The notes under the pieces: generated by a model | The model's database searches: none | Seen by the model: only the letters and a program-made list of their open reading frames with translations | Told to the model about the DNA's origin: nothing | DNA from: a virus | Taxonomy: Duplodnaviria > Caudoviricetes | Virus record (IMG/VR): IMGVR_UViG_3300027608_000010 | Length of the DNA: 64,000 nt | Reading direction: 5' to 3' (one strand) | Translations under genes and position numbers: made by a program | Shown here: positions 18,861 to 28,588 of the stretch, piece after piece | Numbering within the stretch: position 1 is the stretch's first letter | Layout: every line of letters starts with the position of its first letter

Positions 18861-20222
18861 ATGGCAAGTAAAATACAATTAAGACGAGATACAGCAATCA
18901 ATTGGTCTAACAACAGTTCAGTTGTACTATCATCCGGAGAACCCGGATTTGAAACAGATACCGGTAAATTCAAAATTGGTAACGGTGTTGACAACTGGAA
19001 TAGTTTAGACTATGCTGGTGGTGCAGTCACAAACAACGGTTCAGTATATATAGGTGATGGTGCAGGTAGTTGTAGTAGCGCATGTTGCTCAGTTGGTATT
19101 GGAAATTGTGCAGGTAATTGTTGTCAAGGATGTTGTGCAGTTGCTATCGGCGATCAAGCAGGAGAATACTGTCAAGGATCTAATGCAGTTGCTATTGGAA
19201 ATTGTGCAGGACAATGCTGTCAAGGATCTTATGCAGTTGCTATAGGTTCTTGTGCGGGTGAGTGCTGTCAAGGATGCAATGCTATTGCTATTGGTCAATG
19301 TGCAGGACATTACTGTCAAGGATCTAACGCTATTGCAATTGGTCAATGTGCAGGATATGGCTGCTGTTGCGAAAGTGGTCAATCAGATTATGCAATTGCA
19401 ATAGGTAATGACGCAGGTTATTGTGACCAAGGGACTTATGCTATTGCAATTGGTAAAAATGCAGGTTATTGTTCTCAGGGAGATTGTGCTATTGCTATAG
19501 GTCATTGTGCAGGTAATTGTTGTCAAGGTTTTGGTGCTGTGGCTGTAGGAGATATTGCAGGTAATTGTGATCAAGGTGATCACGCTGTAGCGATAGGTTA
19601 TGCTACAGGAAATTGTAATCAAGGTCACGGTGCTGTTGGTATAGGTGTATCAGCAGGTCGAAACTCTCAAGGTGAATACGGTATAGCTATTGGGTATCGT
19701 ACAGCTAGATGTAATCAACAAACAAACGCTATTGCAATTGGTACATACGCAGCCGAAGCAGATGTATTTTATACTGTTGAGCATGACGGTGCTTATGTTG
19801 GAACTAACGACGGTTCAGACAGTACAATAACATTAACTAATGCATTTGATTTTAGTTCGGTGCGCCCAGGCATGGTACTTACTAATAACGGGTATAACAA
19901 TATGTTAATATTATCTATTAGTGGAAATACATTAACATTAGCAGGAACACCCAATAACGGATCAGTGATTTCCGGTAATCAGTTCAATGTTGATGGTCGT
20001 CAAGGTACGAATGCTATTGCTATTGGTGCATATGCCGCAAGATATTCTCAATCACCTAATAGTATCGTAATCAATGCAACAGGAAGCGAATTACGAAGTC
20101 AAGGTACTGGTACAACAGTAATTCAATCATTAAGACAGGTATCAGGTGGAACTGCACCGAGTGGATTTACTCCGGTATACTGGAACCCAACAACAGGTGA
20201 ATTAATCACTGTTACAGCATAA
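18861..20222 (+). CDS. Mtd_N fibre with Cys-rich YadA-head-like 14-aa repeats
   Basis: MASKIQLRRD...GEPGFETDTGKFKIGNG; about 16 repeats of C-x-QG-xx-A(I/V)AIG-xx-AG. Confidence 0.8.
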   Translation: MASKIQLRRDTAINWSNNSSVVLSSGEPGFETDTGKFKIGNGVDNWNSLDYAGGAVTNNGSVYIGDGAGSCSSACCSVGIGNCAGNCCQGCCAVAIGDQAGEYCQGSNAVAIGNCAGQCCQGSYAVAIGSCAGECCQGCNAIAIGQCAGHYCQGSNAIAIGQCAGYGCCCESGQSDYAIAIGNDAGYCDQGTYAIAIGKNAGYCSQGDCAIAIGHCAGNCCQGFGAVAVGDIAGNCDQGDHAVAIGYATGNCNQGHGAVGIGVSAGRNSQGEYGIAIGYRTARCNQQTNAIAIGTYAAEADVFYTVEHDGAYVGTNDGSDSTITLTNAFDFSSVRPGMVLTNNGYNNMLILSISGNTLTLAGTPNNGSVISGNQFNVDGRQGTNAIAIGAYAARYSQSPNSIVINATGSELRSQGTGTTVIQSLRQVSGGTAPSGFTPVYWNPTTGELITVTA

Positions 20223-20247
20223 TTTAAATATATAAAAGGAAATAAAA

Positions 20248-20460
20248 ATGGCACAATATAACATCACAGCTACATCAGCTAAAGCAAATAACAATGCAGG
20301 TATGACTGTATCTAATACTAAAACTAATAAGCACCCTAGTCCAGCAGAGTTTGAGACTCAAGTATTAGCACAAAAAAATGCTGACAAGTACGCTAAACGT
20401 CTAAGTAGCAACGACCACGAAGGCGTTCAGGACTGGGTTGGTCACGCTACCCCAGTTTAA
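20248..20460 (+). CDS. hypothetical protein
   Basis: 70 aa, AAGGA RBS, TAAATA at 20225. Confidence 0.7.
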   Translation: MAQYNITATSAKANNNAGMTVSNTKTNKHPSPAEFETQVLAQKNADKYAKRLSSNDHEGVQDWVGHATPV

Positions 20461-20705
20461 TCTTTAGTTGAACTTATAATGACCGTAGATGATTCTTTGT
20501 CTACGGTCATATATCCCTCACACGCAAAGTTCCAATCGTCTCCGCCTGCACCGTTACCAGTAACTTCATCCTGTACAGGTACGTTAATCTTTACATGTTT
20601 AACGAGATATTCTACCCCATTCTCAAACACACGCCATGCGTGATCCACCGAACCACGGCCGGGTTGTCCCCTAGACTTGTTGAATCTTATATGATACTTG
20701 TTCAT
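20457..20705 (-). CDS. hypothetical protein
   Basis: 82 aa, coupled to upstream oxygenase on minus strand. Confidence 0.75.
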   Translation of the reverse strand: MNKYHIRFNKSRGQPGRGSVDHAWRVFENGVEYLVKHVKINVPVQDEVTGNGAGGDDWNFACEGYMTVDKESSTVIISSTKD

Positions 20706-21334
20706 ATAATAATAGGGCCCGCTTTTACTGGCTTAGTGCTAGGTCTAACACCAAGATTAAAGTGAACTAATCGTGTTGGGTCTTTACTAGGATTACGAGT
20801 AACGCTATGCGGTAACCAACTGTTAATAAAGTACATTCTTCCCGGTTGAGGAACAAACAATATTGTTTCACTAGAATCAGTTATTTTATTTAAATTGGCT
20901 TCACGTAAATTAACCAATCTACGACCTTGTCTTGGGTCGTGAATAGCAACTTTACAACTATCCTTAGGTGTATCAATAAAATAGAATCCAGTAATTTGAT
21001 TCCCATCACCGTGAACATGTTCTTCATGGCCTTGCATATAATGATGTTCTTGTGCCCACATTTCTGTAAAATATGTTTCCTTGTCACTCATAGCATGACC
21101 TTGATTATCTAAGATAGTCCAAGCACTTTGTGCTATAAAAGCAGTAAAATCACTAATCATTTCTTCATGGAAGATACTTTCAGTCTGTACCGGGTATATC
21201 GGGTTTACTTCAGACTTCTTTCTTTCAAACAGATATTGCATTGAAATTAGTGTAACCATGTCTAAGAATTCCGGTTTATCTACAGAATAGATTGTACTAG
21301 GAAAATGTTGATGGGGGGTTAGTGTCGTAGTCAT
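20702..21334 (-). CDS. 2OG-Fe(II) oxygenase (TIGR02466-like)
   Basis: W....GHEEHVH...ITGFYFI...IHDPR...PQPGRMYFINSWLPHSV...R..HFN DSBH pattern. Confidence 0.8.
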   Translation of the reverse strand: MTTTLTPHQHFPSTIYSVDKPEFLDMVTLISMQYLFERKKSEVNPIYPVQTESIFHEEMISDFTAFIAQSAWTILDNQGHAMSDKETYFTEMWAQEHHYMQGHEEHVHGDGNQITGFYFIDTPKDSCKVAIHDPRQGRRLVNLREANLNKITDSSETILFVPQPGRMYFINSWLPHSVTRNPSKDPTRLVHFNLGVRPSTKPVKAGPIII

Positions 21335-21418
21335 AGATAATACTTATCTTTCCTAGGATATCCTCACAAATTTTAAACTTATGGATTTGTGATAAATATA
21401 AGATATACGGAATTTACT

Positions 21419-24400
21419 ATGAAAATAAGTCATTTACAAGAAAATCTTACACCTTCTTCTGCACCAAGCGCATCAGTTCCTGGACCTAAGTTTGGCCGCA
21501 GTGATGAAATGTTAGAGTCTGACACAGGATCTAGCGCAAGCACAACTGCAGGTACTATAGCTACGAGAACGGGCGAACAGCGTAAAGGTAAAAAGAGTAT
21601 ATTTCAAGGTATCAAAAATGCAGGTGGATTTGCTAATAGCAGAAAAGCAGGTATTGTTGGTGAGGGTGCTATCAATGAAGATGACTTAAGCGAAGAACAA
21701 CTACAAGCAAAGAAAAAACGAGAAGATTTATTCAACAGAGCAAAAGACCGCGATATAGGTAATAAACCAAAGTCACGTGAAATCATGGCAAGAGAATCTG
21801 ACACTGATGATAATCCTAAACCAGGTAGCTGGCAAGAAATAGCAAAATTAAATAACATTACTGATCCTAGAAAATTACAAGCTGACAAGTCAATTACTTT
21901 ACCTAACGGTGACAGTTATTATGTGAATAAAGGTGATACACTTAGTGGTATTGCACAAAGATTAAGAACAACAGTGTATCCACAATACGGAGAACCTGGA
22001 TCATCTACTGAGAAAACATCTACTGGAGATTCATCTAGTTTAACTAAACCAGCAATGTATGTAGGTGGTGTTAATAAACGAATGGCCACGCCTGTTGTAC
22101 AACCAGACCCAAGAGATTTAGAAAAAGGAAATAGTAGAGGCACACGACCAGATGTTGCGCTTCCACGATATCCTGATTCAGTATATGATTATAAACCAGA
22201 AGTATCAACATCTTCATCTAACACGATACATCCTCCGGGAACATCAATCACAGCTAAAATCAAAGATCCAAAAGCACCAAATTGGCCATTGGATGTGAAT
22301 TTAACAAAAGGTGATGACGGTAAGTGGCGCAATGAAAAGGGGCAATTACATAACTTTAATAAACCAGGCGATAAAGAACAATTAGAAAAGATGCCAGCAC
22401 TCCCGCCAAATCAGTCTAGTGCTGAGACCAAGCGTCTTAATAGTATCCCAAAGAATAAAGAGCCTGATATTCATAGTCAAGCCGCACAAGATGCACAATG
22501 GGAAAAAGATAAAGAAAATATGGGCAATGCATGGGATGAGTTTAAAGGCTGGGTTAAGAAACCTAGGTCTTTTACTATAGTACCTGGAAAAGATAAACCT
22601 CCAGTTGATCCAGCACATGATATTGGTCAACGTGCAGGACTATCACCGGATGAAATAGTTAAAAGACTTAAGTCAGCACCTGGTGGTAAAGATGATACTC
22701 CACCAGCTAAACCTCAGAAATCAACGACAAGTAAAGCATCTTCTGCATCACCTAATCTTTCTCCTGACCACAAAGTTATTGCTGGAATAGAAAGCGGTAA
22801 TAAAGATTATAAAGATGACGGCACTCCAGTTGTTTCTCCTAAAGGTGCACAGTTTGCAATGCAGGTTATGAAAGATACAAACAGAGATCCAGGATTTGGA
22901 GTAGTTCCAGCTAAAAATAATAGTCCTGAAGAATCAAACAGAGTTGGAAGAGATTATTTTGATGCAATGATGAAAAAATATAATGGGGATAAGGAAAAGG
23001 CTTCAGCCGCATATAACGCCGGTCCTGGCAGAGTAGATAGTAAAATAGCAAAAGCTGAAAAAACCGGTAAAGATTGGAAAGATTTGTTACCAAGAGAAAC
23101 AAGAAATTACATAAAGAAATTCAATAAAGGAACTCAAGTGGCCTCAAGTAATGATGATACAATGAATGAAGATATTAGTCAAAAATATGCAAGAGACTAT
23201 GAATATATTCTTACTTACTTATTGTCTGAGGTAAAACAACTTCCGAGTAGACCATTTGATTTACCACCATTAGAAGGTGGCAGTAAAATTACTGAATTAT
23301 TAGAGTTTGATGTTAGCAGTGCTGCTAAACGAGCAGGTAAAAAACTTGTACCCGGATTTGGATTCGTTGATGCTGGTATAAGAGCAAAAGACGGTGATTA
23401 TACTGGTGCGGCGATCGGTACATTAGCAGGCATTGCTGGTTTAATACCGGGAGGTCAGGGAGTATCATTGGGTGCAGATGCAGTAAATCAATTACGGGAT
23501 TATGCTCAAGAAAAAGGTGGATGGGGTAACTTGGCCAAAGAAGTTGGACAATCAATGTCAGATTATTATGGTCAGCAAGGTAACTTAATTCCCGAGGATC
23601 TAGAAATACTAGATGAGCAAGGATTTCTTAGATGGTTGGAAGAACAAGATTTACATAATTTAAGTGAAGCCGGGGGACTCCGAGGATTGGTCTGGGATGC
23701 TGTTAAAGCAGGAGCTGGGAAGTTAAAAAATTTAGTCAAACCTGCTGAAAGAGAAGTTGACAATCTTAAAAGATTAGATCAAAGAGTAGAACCCGGATTT
23801 ACACCTCCAGCTGTACAAGTTCCGCCTGCACCGACCGGAACAACAGCGGCAACTAAAGTGACACCTCCAAAACCTGCTCCAGTTGATACCAGACAGTCAC
23901 CGATACTTGGACCCGACGGAAAACCTCTTAACGTTCCTGTCAATCCCAAAATTACAAATACTAATGTAGGTCCGGGAGGTAGCAGAGAAGCTCAAGCATA
24001 TAGGGCACAACAATCAGCACCGGCAGCTCAAGCAGCACCAGTAGATAAACCACAACCAACAGCAGGCGTACTTAGCCCGGAAGACTCGGCTGCCATACAG
24101 GCCTTGAGAAGAAAAAATGCTCCTCAAGGCTGGGAACATGTAGTTGATTTCGGAAAAAACGCAATTGGCACAGGGACCAAATTGGGCACAGGTGCCGGTC
24201 TCGGGGCATTAATATATAATTATGCACCGGAGATAAAAAAGAAATGGGACGATGGGGTGGATGCAGTGGGTTCTGCTTATAATGAATTTTTTCCAGCACC
24301 TCCAAACCAGGACGAGGTTCAACGACAGGTTGACGATTATACCAAGCCCAAGACACCACCAGTAGAAATAAAAAAGCCAGATAATGAAGTTACTAACGGA

Positions 24401-25522
24401 AAAGATACTGCACCACCAAAAATAGAAAAGTCAGATGATACTACTAACGGTAAAGATTCCGCATCGCCAGACACTGACACGCCGGATGCTGACGAGGTTG
24501 CTAGACAGGTGAAAGCTATGACAGATAAAACAAACGAATCTACAGTATCACGTATGGTTGATGAGTATGAACAAATTCTTGAATCGTTAATGGGTAAGTT
24601 AAGTTTATCAGAAGAACGCACTGAAACTAAAAATGAAAAAGGTGAAGTTACGAGCTGGAGAGATGAATCTGATTGGCGCAAGGTCAAAAAAGTTAAAGAC
24701 GGCCGCGGTCGGGTAACAAATCTAAGCGATAAGGCACGTAGAGAAACCGAAACGCTAACACAGAAAAAAGATGTGACAGAAGAACAAGCTGTACCACTAT
24801 CAGGAAAGATATCAGCAAGACCTAACCAGGATCCAAACTCATTTGAAGATTGGGATTATTACCATCAAGGTAAACCAATACAACCAGGTACTGATATACA
24901 CACAAAAGTAAAAGATTTACATATGCGTCAATCAGATCCAGCATATGATACAATGAGAAATGCATTTGATAATCCTATACAACCAGGATCAACACTTCCC
25001 CAAGATCAATCAGGTGATACGATTATTCCATCACATCAGAAGCAGCCAAGAGGAGTAAAAGGACCGAATGGTGAAAAATTTCAATTCGATACAGATGAAA
25101 AAGCAAAATATTTTTTAGACAACATGCAACGATTACATCAACAAGATCAAGAGAGAGAGAGTCCTGATGCGATCAGATCCGAATCAACAAGTGCTAAGAA
25201 GAAAGGCATGGGCGGACAAGTTGTATTCTCTGGTACAGGAGACAACGGTGGTAAGTATGAAATCATCCAATCTGGAGATGATTTTATGATTCACGCCAAT
25301 GGTAAACACATTGATTCTTATGGAAGTCTACAACGAGCAATGAGTGTTCTACAAAATGAAGTGCCAGGATTAACTAAAACTGTAGCAGAAGAAAAGCCAG
25401 GACTATGGGCTAATATAGCTGCCAAAAGAAAACGTATTGCTGCAGGTAGTGGTGAACACATGCGTAAGCCAGGCAGCAAGGGCGCACCAACAGCAGACGC
25501 ATTAAGAAAGTCAGCAAAATGA
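21419..25522 (+). CDS. giant modular virion/ejection-like protein with LysM and lytic transglycosylase (SLT) domains
   Basis: MKISHLQE leader; LysM-like YYVNKGDTLSGIA and WQEIAKLNNITDP; SLT IAGIESG...SPKGAQFAMQVM...AAYNAGPGRV...ETRNYIKK. Confidence 0.8.
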   Translation: MKISHLQENLTPSSAPSASVPGPKFGRSDEMLESDTGSSASTTAGTIATRTGEQRKGKKSIFQGIKNAGGFANSRKAGIVGEGAINEDDLSEEQLQAKKKREDLFNRAKDRDIGNKPKSREIMARESDTDDNPKPGSWQEIAKLNNITDPRKLQADKSITLPNGDSYYVNKGDTLSGIAQRLRTTVYPQYGEPGSSTEKTSTGDSSSLTKPAMYVGGVNKRMATPVVQPDPRDLEKGNSRGTRPDVALPRYPDSVYDYKPEVSTSSSNTIHPPGTSITAKIKDPKAPNWPLDVNLTKGDDGKWRNEKGQLHNFNKPGDKEQLEKMPALPPNQSSAETKRLNSIPKNKEPDIHSQAAQDAQWEKDKENMGNAWDEFKGWVKKPRSFTIVPGKDKPPVDPAHDIGQRAGLSPDEIVKRLKSAPGGKDDTPPAKPQKSTTSKASSASPNLSPDHKVIAGIESGNKDYKDDGTPVVSPKGAQFAMQVMKDTNRDPGFGVVPAKNNSPEESNRVGRDYFDAMMKKYNGDKEKASAAYNAGPGRVDSKIAKAEKTGKDWKDLLPRETRNYIKKFNKGTQVASSNDDTMNEDISQKYARDYEYILTYLLSEVKQLPSRPFDLPPLEGGSKITELLEFDVSSAAKRAGKKLVPGFGFVDAGIRAKDGDYTGAAIGTLAGIAGLIPGGQGVSLGADAVNQLRDYAQEKGGWGNLAKEVGQSMSDYYGQQGNLIPEDLEILDEQGFLRWLEEQDLHNLSEAGGLRGLVWDAVKAGAGKLKNLVKPAEREVDNLKRLDQRVEPGFTPPAVQVPPAPTGTTAATKVTPPKPAPVDTRQSPILGPDGKPLNVPVNPKITNTNVGPGGSREAQAYRAQQSAPAAQAAPVDKPQPTAGVLSPEDSAAIQALRRKNAPQGWEHVVDFGKNAIGTGTKLGTGAGLGALIYNYAPEIKKKWDDGVDAVGSAYNEFFPAPPNQDEVQRQVDDYTKPKTPPVEIKKPDNEVTNGKDTAPPKIEKSDDTTNGKDSASPDTDTPDADEVARQVKAMTDKTNESTVSRMVDEYEQILESLMGKLSLSEERTETKNEKGEVTSWRDESDWRKVKKVKDGRGRVTNLSDKARRETETLTQKKDVTEEQAVPLSGKISARPNQDPNSFEDWDYYHQGKPIQPGTDIHTKVKDLHMRQSDPAYDTMRNAFDNPIQPGSTLPQDQSGDTIIPSHQKQPRGVKGPNGEKFQFDTDEKAKYFLDNMQRLHQQDQERESPDAIRSESTSAKKKGMGGQVVFSGTGDNGGKYEIIQSGDDFMIHANGKHIDSYGSLQRAMSVLQNEVPGLTKTVAEEKPGLWANIAAKRKRIAAGSGEHMRKPGSKGAPTADALRKSAK
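24785..25034 (+). repeat. 250-bp coding module, copy 2
   Basis: QAVPLSGKISARPNQDPNSFEDWDYYHQG...QSGDTIIPS; matches 9211-9460. Confidence 0.95.
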
Positions 25523-27054
25523 AAATTAAAGATATTCTATTAGAAAGCGCACAAGGCAAAATGGTGCGCGGCATGCTAGTACAAACACTAGACCAATTTG
25601 TAAAAACTAGTAAAGTAGAAACTGTTGAAGAGGAATTAGATACTGCACCATCTGAAGAACCTAAACAACAACCGGTAAGATTTAGTCCTTCAATCAAAGC
25701 AAATTATTCTGATCAACCAAAACAACAACCTACACAATTAGACCCATCAAGAAGTGGCTATAGTAAAATACTTAATCCAGATGATGTTGCTAAAATGGTT
25801 CATCACAAAAATAGTTTTGTTATCTATTATGAATATAAGGCTCCTGATGATCCAGGTAGAACATTAGAAAAACGTGTAACAACTGAACCTATCTATATTC
25901 CTCAAGAAAGAATTGGTGAATTAACTGCACAAGCTAATGCATTTATTGAAGAAAAATTTCCAACAGCTACTGATAAGGCAAAGAAAACTAAAGCATATTC
26001 AATATTAGGTCGCTTAATGGAAAAGTTAGCCGTTGATGAGGCTATTAAGAATAGTGCAGAAGTACAATACGCACTTGAGAAGGGCGTATTACCACAAAAG
26101 TTAAAAGCAAAAGCATTTACCACTACTGGCGCAAAAGCATCAAATCCATCAGTGCATAAAGGTTCAGTTCCTATTCTTAATGAAGAAGGTGAAATCATTT
26201 ATGATTTAGATGGATTGGCAGCAAGTATCACACGCCGACCAGATAGACTTTTAAAAGTAAATGCTAAAATGGTAAAGAGTTCCGGTGACTCAGTGCAAAT
26301 GGCAAACATTGGTATTCCTGCTATTGCTGGATTGGTAGTGGATGAAAAGACAAAAACATTTATTCGTATCAATACATGTCCGGGCGCAGGTAAATGTAAA
26401 GATTATTGTTATGCGACACGCGGTGGATATGTACAGTATGCCGCAAGTTCAGAAAGTCAAGCAAGAGTATTAAATTATTGGTATAATGATCCTGAAGGAT
26501 TCAAACAACAAGTAATTGCTGAATTCAAAAAATTAGTCAAGCCGGGTGTTAAGGCATATTTACGTTGGCACGATTCGGGTGACTTCTTTGTTGATGCATA
26601 CTTACACTTGGCATTTGAAGTTGCACATGCTGTTCCTGATGCAACTATCTATGCTTATACAAAAATTGCTAAGGTTGCACAAGACCCAATGATGCCACCA
26701 AACTTCTTAATTAACTTTAGTGACGGTGCTAAACCAGATGAAACTAAACAAATTGATTATAAGAAAGTTAAACATAGTATCGTTGTTCCTGGCGAATTAT
26801 TCAAAGATGAAAAATCAACTGGGATTGGTTTAGAAAAACTACAAAATCAAGATCCAACTGCACAGCAAAAAATGAAAGAAGTGATTGGTAAACAATATGA
26901 TGTTGATCCTAAATCAGTATTAACATATGATGAAATGATGGATATGCCTGAGGGCAGTAAACTAAAATACAATGTAATTGTTGTTCCGGGACTAGACGGC
27001 GACTTAGGCGCCGCACGTAGAGATATTTTAGGTAGCTACTTACTATATCATTAA
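25519..27054 (+). CDS. Gp88-like (radical-SAM-like) protein with capsid-leader-like N-terminus
   Basis: MKIKDILLE leader; TCPGAGKCKDYCYA (Cx5Cx3C), LRWHDSGDF, YAYTK, NFLINFS. Confidence 0.6.
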   Translation: MKIKDILLESAQGKMVRGMLVQTLDQFVKTSKVETVEEELDTAPSEEPKQQPVRFSPSIKANYSDQPKQQPTQLDPSRSGYSKILNPDDVAKMVHHKNSFVIYYEYKAPDDPGRTLEKRVTTEPIYIPQERIGELTAQANAFIEEKFPTATDKAKKTKAYSILGRLMEKLAVDEAIKNSAEVQYALEKGVLPQKLKAKAFTTTGAKASNPSVHKGSVPILNEEGEIIYDLDGLAASITRRPDRLLKVNAKMVKSSGDSVQMANIGIPAIAGLVVDEKTKTFIRINTCPGAGKCKDYCYATRGGYVQYAASSESQARVLNYWYNDPEGFKQQVIAEFKKLVKPGVKAYLRWHDSGDFFVDAYLHLAFEVAHAVPDATIYAYTKIAKVAQDPMMPPNFLINFSDGAKPDETKQIDYKKVKHSIVVPGELFKDEKSTGIGLEKLQNQDPTAQQKMKEVIGKQYDVDPKSVLTYDEMMDMPEGSKLKYNVIVVPGLDGDLGAARRDILGSYLLYH

Positions 27055-27116
27055 ATATATGGACAAAGTTTTTGAATTCTATTGGAAAAATAAAGGAAAC
27101 CCACCTGGGAAATAAA

Positions 27117-27557
27117 ATGTTATCAGACGATTTAAAAATATTATTAGCTTCAACAGAAGCATTCTCATTGAAGTCACGAAACTTCCATTGGAATATTGAG
27201 GGAAGTGATTTCCCACAATATCACGCATTCTATGAGTCATTGTATACTGAATCATACGAGACAGTAGATAAGATTGCAGAATACATCAGGGTATTGGGTA
27301 GCTATGCACCAGCAAGTTTAACTCGCTATGCCGAACTATCAATCATAGAAGATCAAACATTGATACCACGTGCTGAGTTAATGTTTACTGAAACTTATGT
27401 TGATATACAAAAAATGATTGAACTTGTTGTTGCAATGTTTGACATTGCTACAGAAGAACGTCAACAAGGTATTGCTAATTTTATGGCCGAACTACAAGAC
27501 TTCTATGGTAAGAAAGCCTGGATGGTTCGCAGTATTCTTAAAAAAGAACGTGAATAA
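27117..27557 (+). CDS. dps: Dps-family DNA-protecting mini-ferritin
   Basis: NFHWNIEGSDFPQYHAFYESLY...DKIAEYIR ferroxidase pattern; C-terminal KKAWMVRS. Confidence 0.9.
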   Translation: MLSDDLKILLASTEAFSLKSRNFHWNIEGSDFPQYHAFYESLYTESYETVDKIAEYIRVLGSYAPASLTRYAELSIIEDQTLIPRAELMFTETYVDIQKMIELVVAMFDIATEERQQGIANFMAELQDFYGKKAWMVRSILKKERE

Positions 27558-27562
27558 ATTAC

Positions 27563-28585
27563 ATGCACCTCAATGAAGTCACATCACCTCTAAAAAAGTT
27601 TAAAGTAACCGTAAAAGTTAACGGTTCTTCAATAAAAACGATAATTCATGCTGAGTCACAAAGTCAAGCAAGACAATTGTTGGTCAAGTTATACGGCAAA
27701 GACAATGTACAGTCAATCTCTGAATCAATTCATCATATTACAACAGATGAAATGGCTCTTAAGCAGTTTACACCAATGGGTGACTTTGAGAAACCTGGAC
27801 CATTTAGAGGTGTTGATAAAAGATTAATACCTCATCCAACTAATCAATTAAAGACACAACGATTTTTAGAAAAAACTCCCTATGATTTTAGATTATTTTT
27901 TAGTAACATTCCTGGCACAGGTCGTTATAGTGAATACGGCCCAATGGATTCAGAAAATGTAAAAATTATATTCGGAGATGCAGGCGAACAGATTATTGCT
28001 GGACATCAAGATGCAATCACTATTGTATTTGTTGGTAATAAAGGTGATAGTAAAGTAATGATGACCCCATGGATTATGGCACATAGATTTGGTCATGCTA
28101 TTCAAGCAGGTCATCGTAATAGTGGAAGTAGCAAATCAGGTGCATGGCCAGAAGCAGAACAATATTTCTTTAATACAGTTAATCAAGTGTTAGAACGTTG
28201 CTATGGTAAGATAGCAAAAGACCAATATGGTCGTCCTGCACGAAGCGGTATGTCATTTAATTTAACACCAGAATATAATGCATTATTCAATGCTATTGGC
28301 ACACAACGTAGCAGTCGCAGTAATGAAATTAAAAGACCATATGAATTCTTGTACGAATTGTTTGCACAGTATCTAGGTACAGGAACAATCACATTAAACC
28401 CATTACCGACTAACTTAGGTTACGGTCGGCAAGCATGGGGAAATCCAAGTAAATACCTTAATCTAAAATCAGAATTTCGTGATGAAGAAACAAGACAATA
28501 TGAATCTCAAGGTATGGGTGATGATTTAACCGAATACTTTGCTGAAGTTTTAAGAAGTTGTGTAGGCAATATTTATGTTATGTAA
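27563..28585 (+). CDS. modular late protein with degenerate zincin-like motif
   Basis: MHLNE leader; WIMAHRFGHAIQ and downstream YELFAQ. Confidence 0.6.
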   Translation: MHLNEVTSPLKKFKVTVKVNGSSIKTIIHAESQSQARQLLVKLYGKDNVQSISESIHHITTDEMALKQFTPMGDFEKPGPFRGVDKRLIPHPTNQLKTQRFLEKTPYDFRLFFSNIPGTGRYSEYGPMDSENVKIIFGDAGEQIIAGHQDAITIVFVGNKGDSKVMMTPWIMAHRFGHAIQAGHRNSGSSKSGAWPEAEQYFFNTVNQVLERCYGKIAKDQYGRPARSGMSFNLTPEYNALFNAIGTQRSSRSNEIKRPYEFLYELFAQYLGTGTITLNPLPTNLGYGRQAWGNPSKYLNLKSEFRDEETRQYESQGMGDDLTEYFAEVLRSCVGNIYVM

Positions 28586-28588
28586 TTT

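Noticed and set aside
15262-20222. Diversity-generating retroelement suggested by Mtd-type N-terminal domains
   Set aside because: No reverse transcriptase or Avd and no TR/VR pair differing only at adenines; Mtd_N is the anchor domain, not the variable CLec domain
18861-20222. Stop-codon recoding as the explanation for Cys abundance
   Set aside because: Cys are encoded by TGT/TGC; long conserved genes read intact in code 11 and end in TAA/TGA
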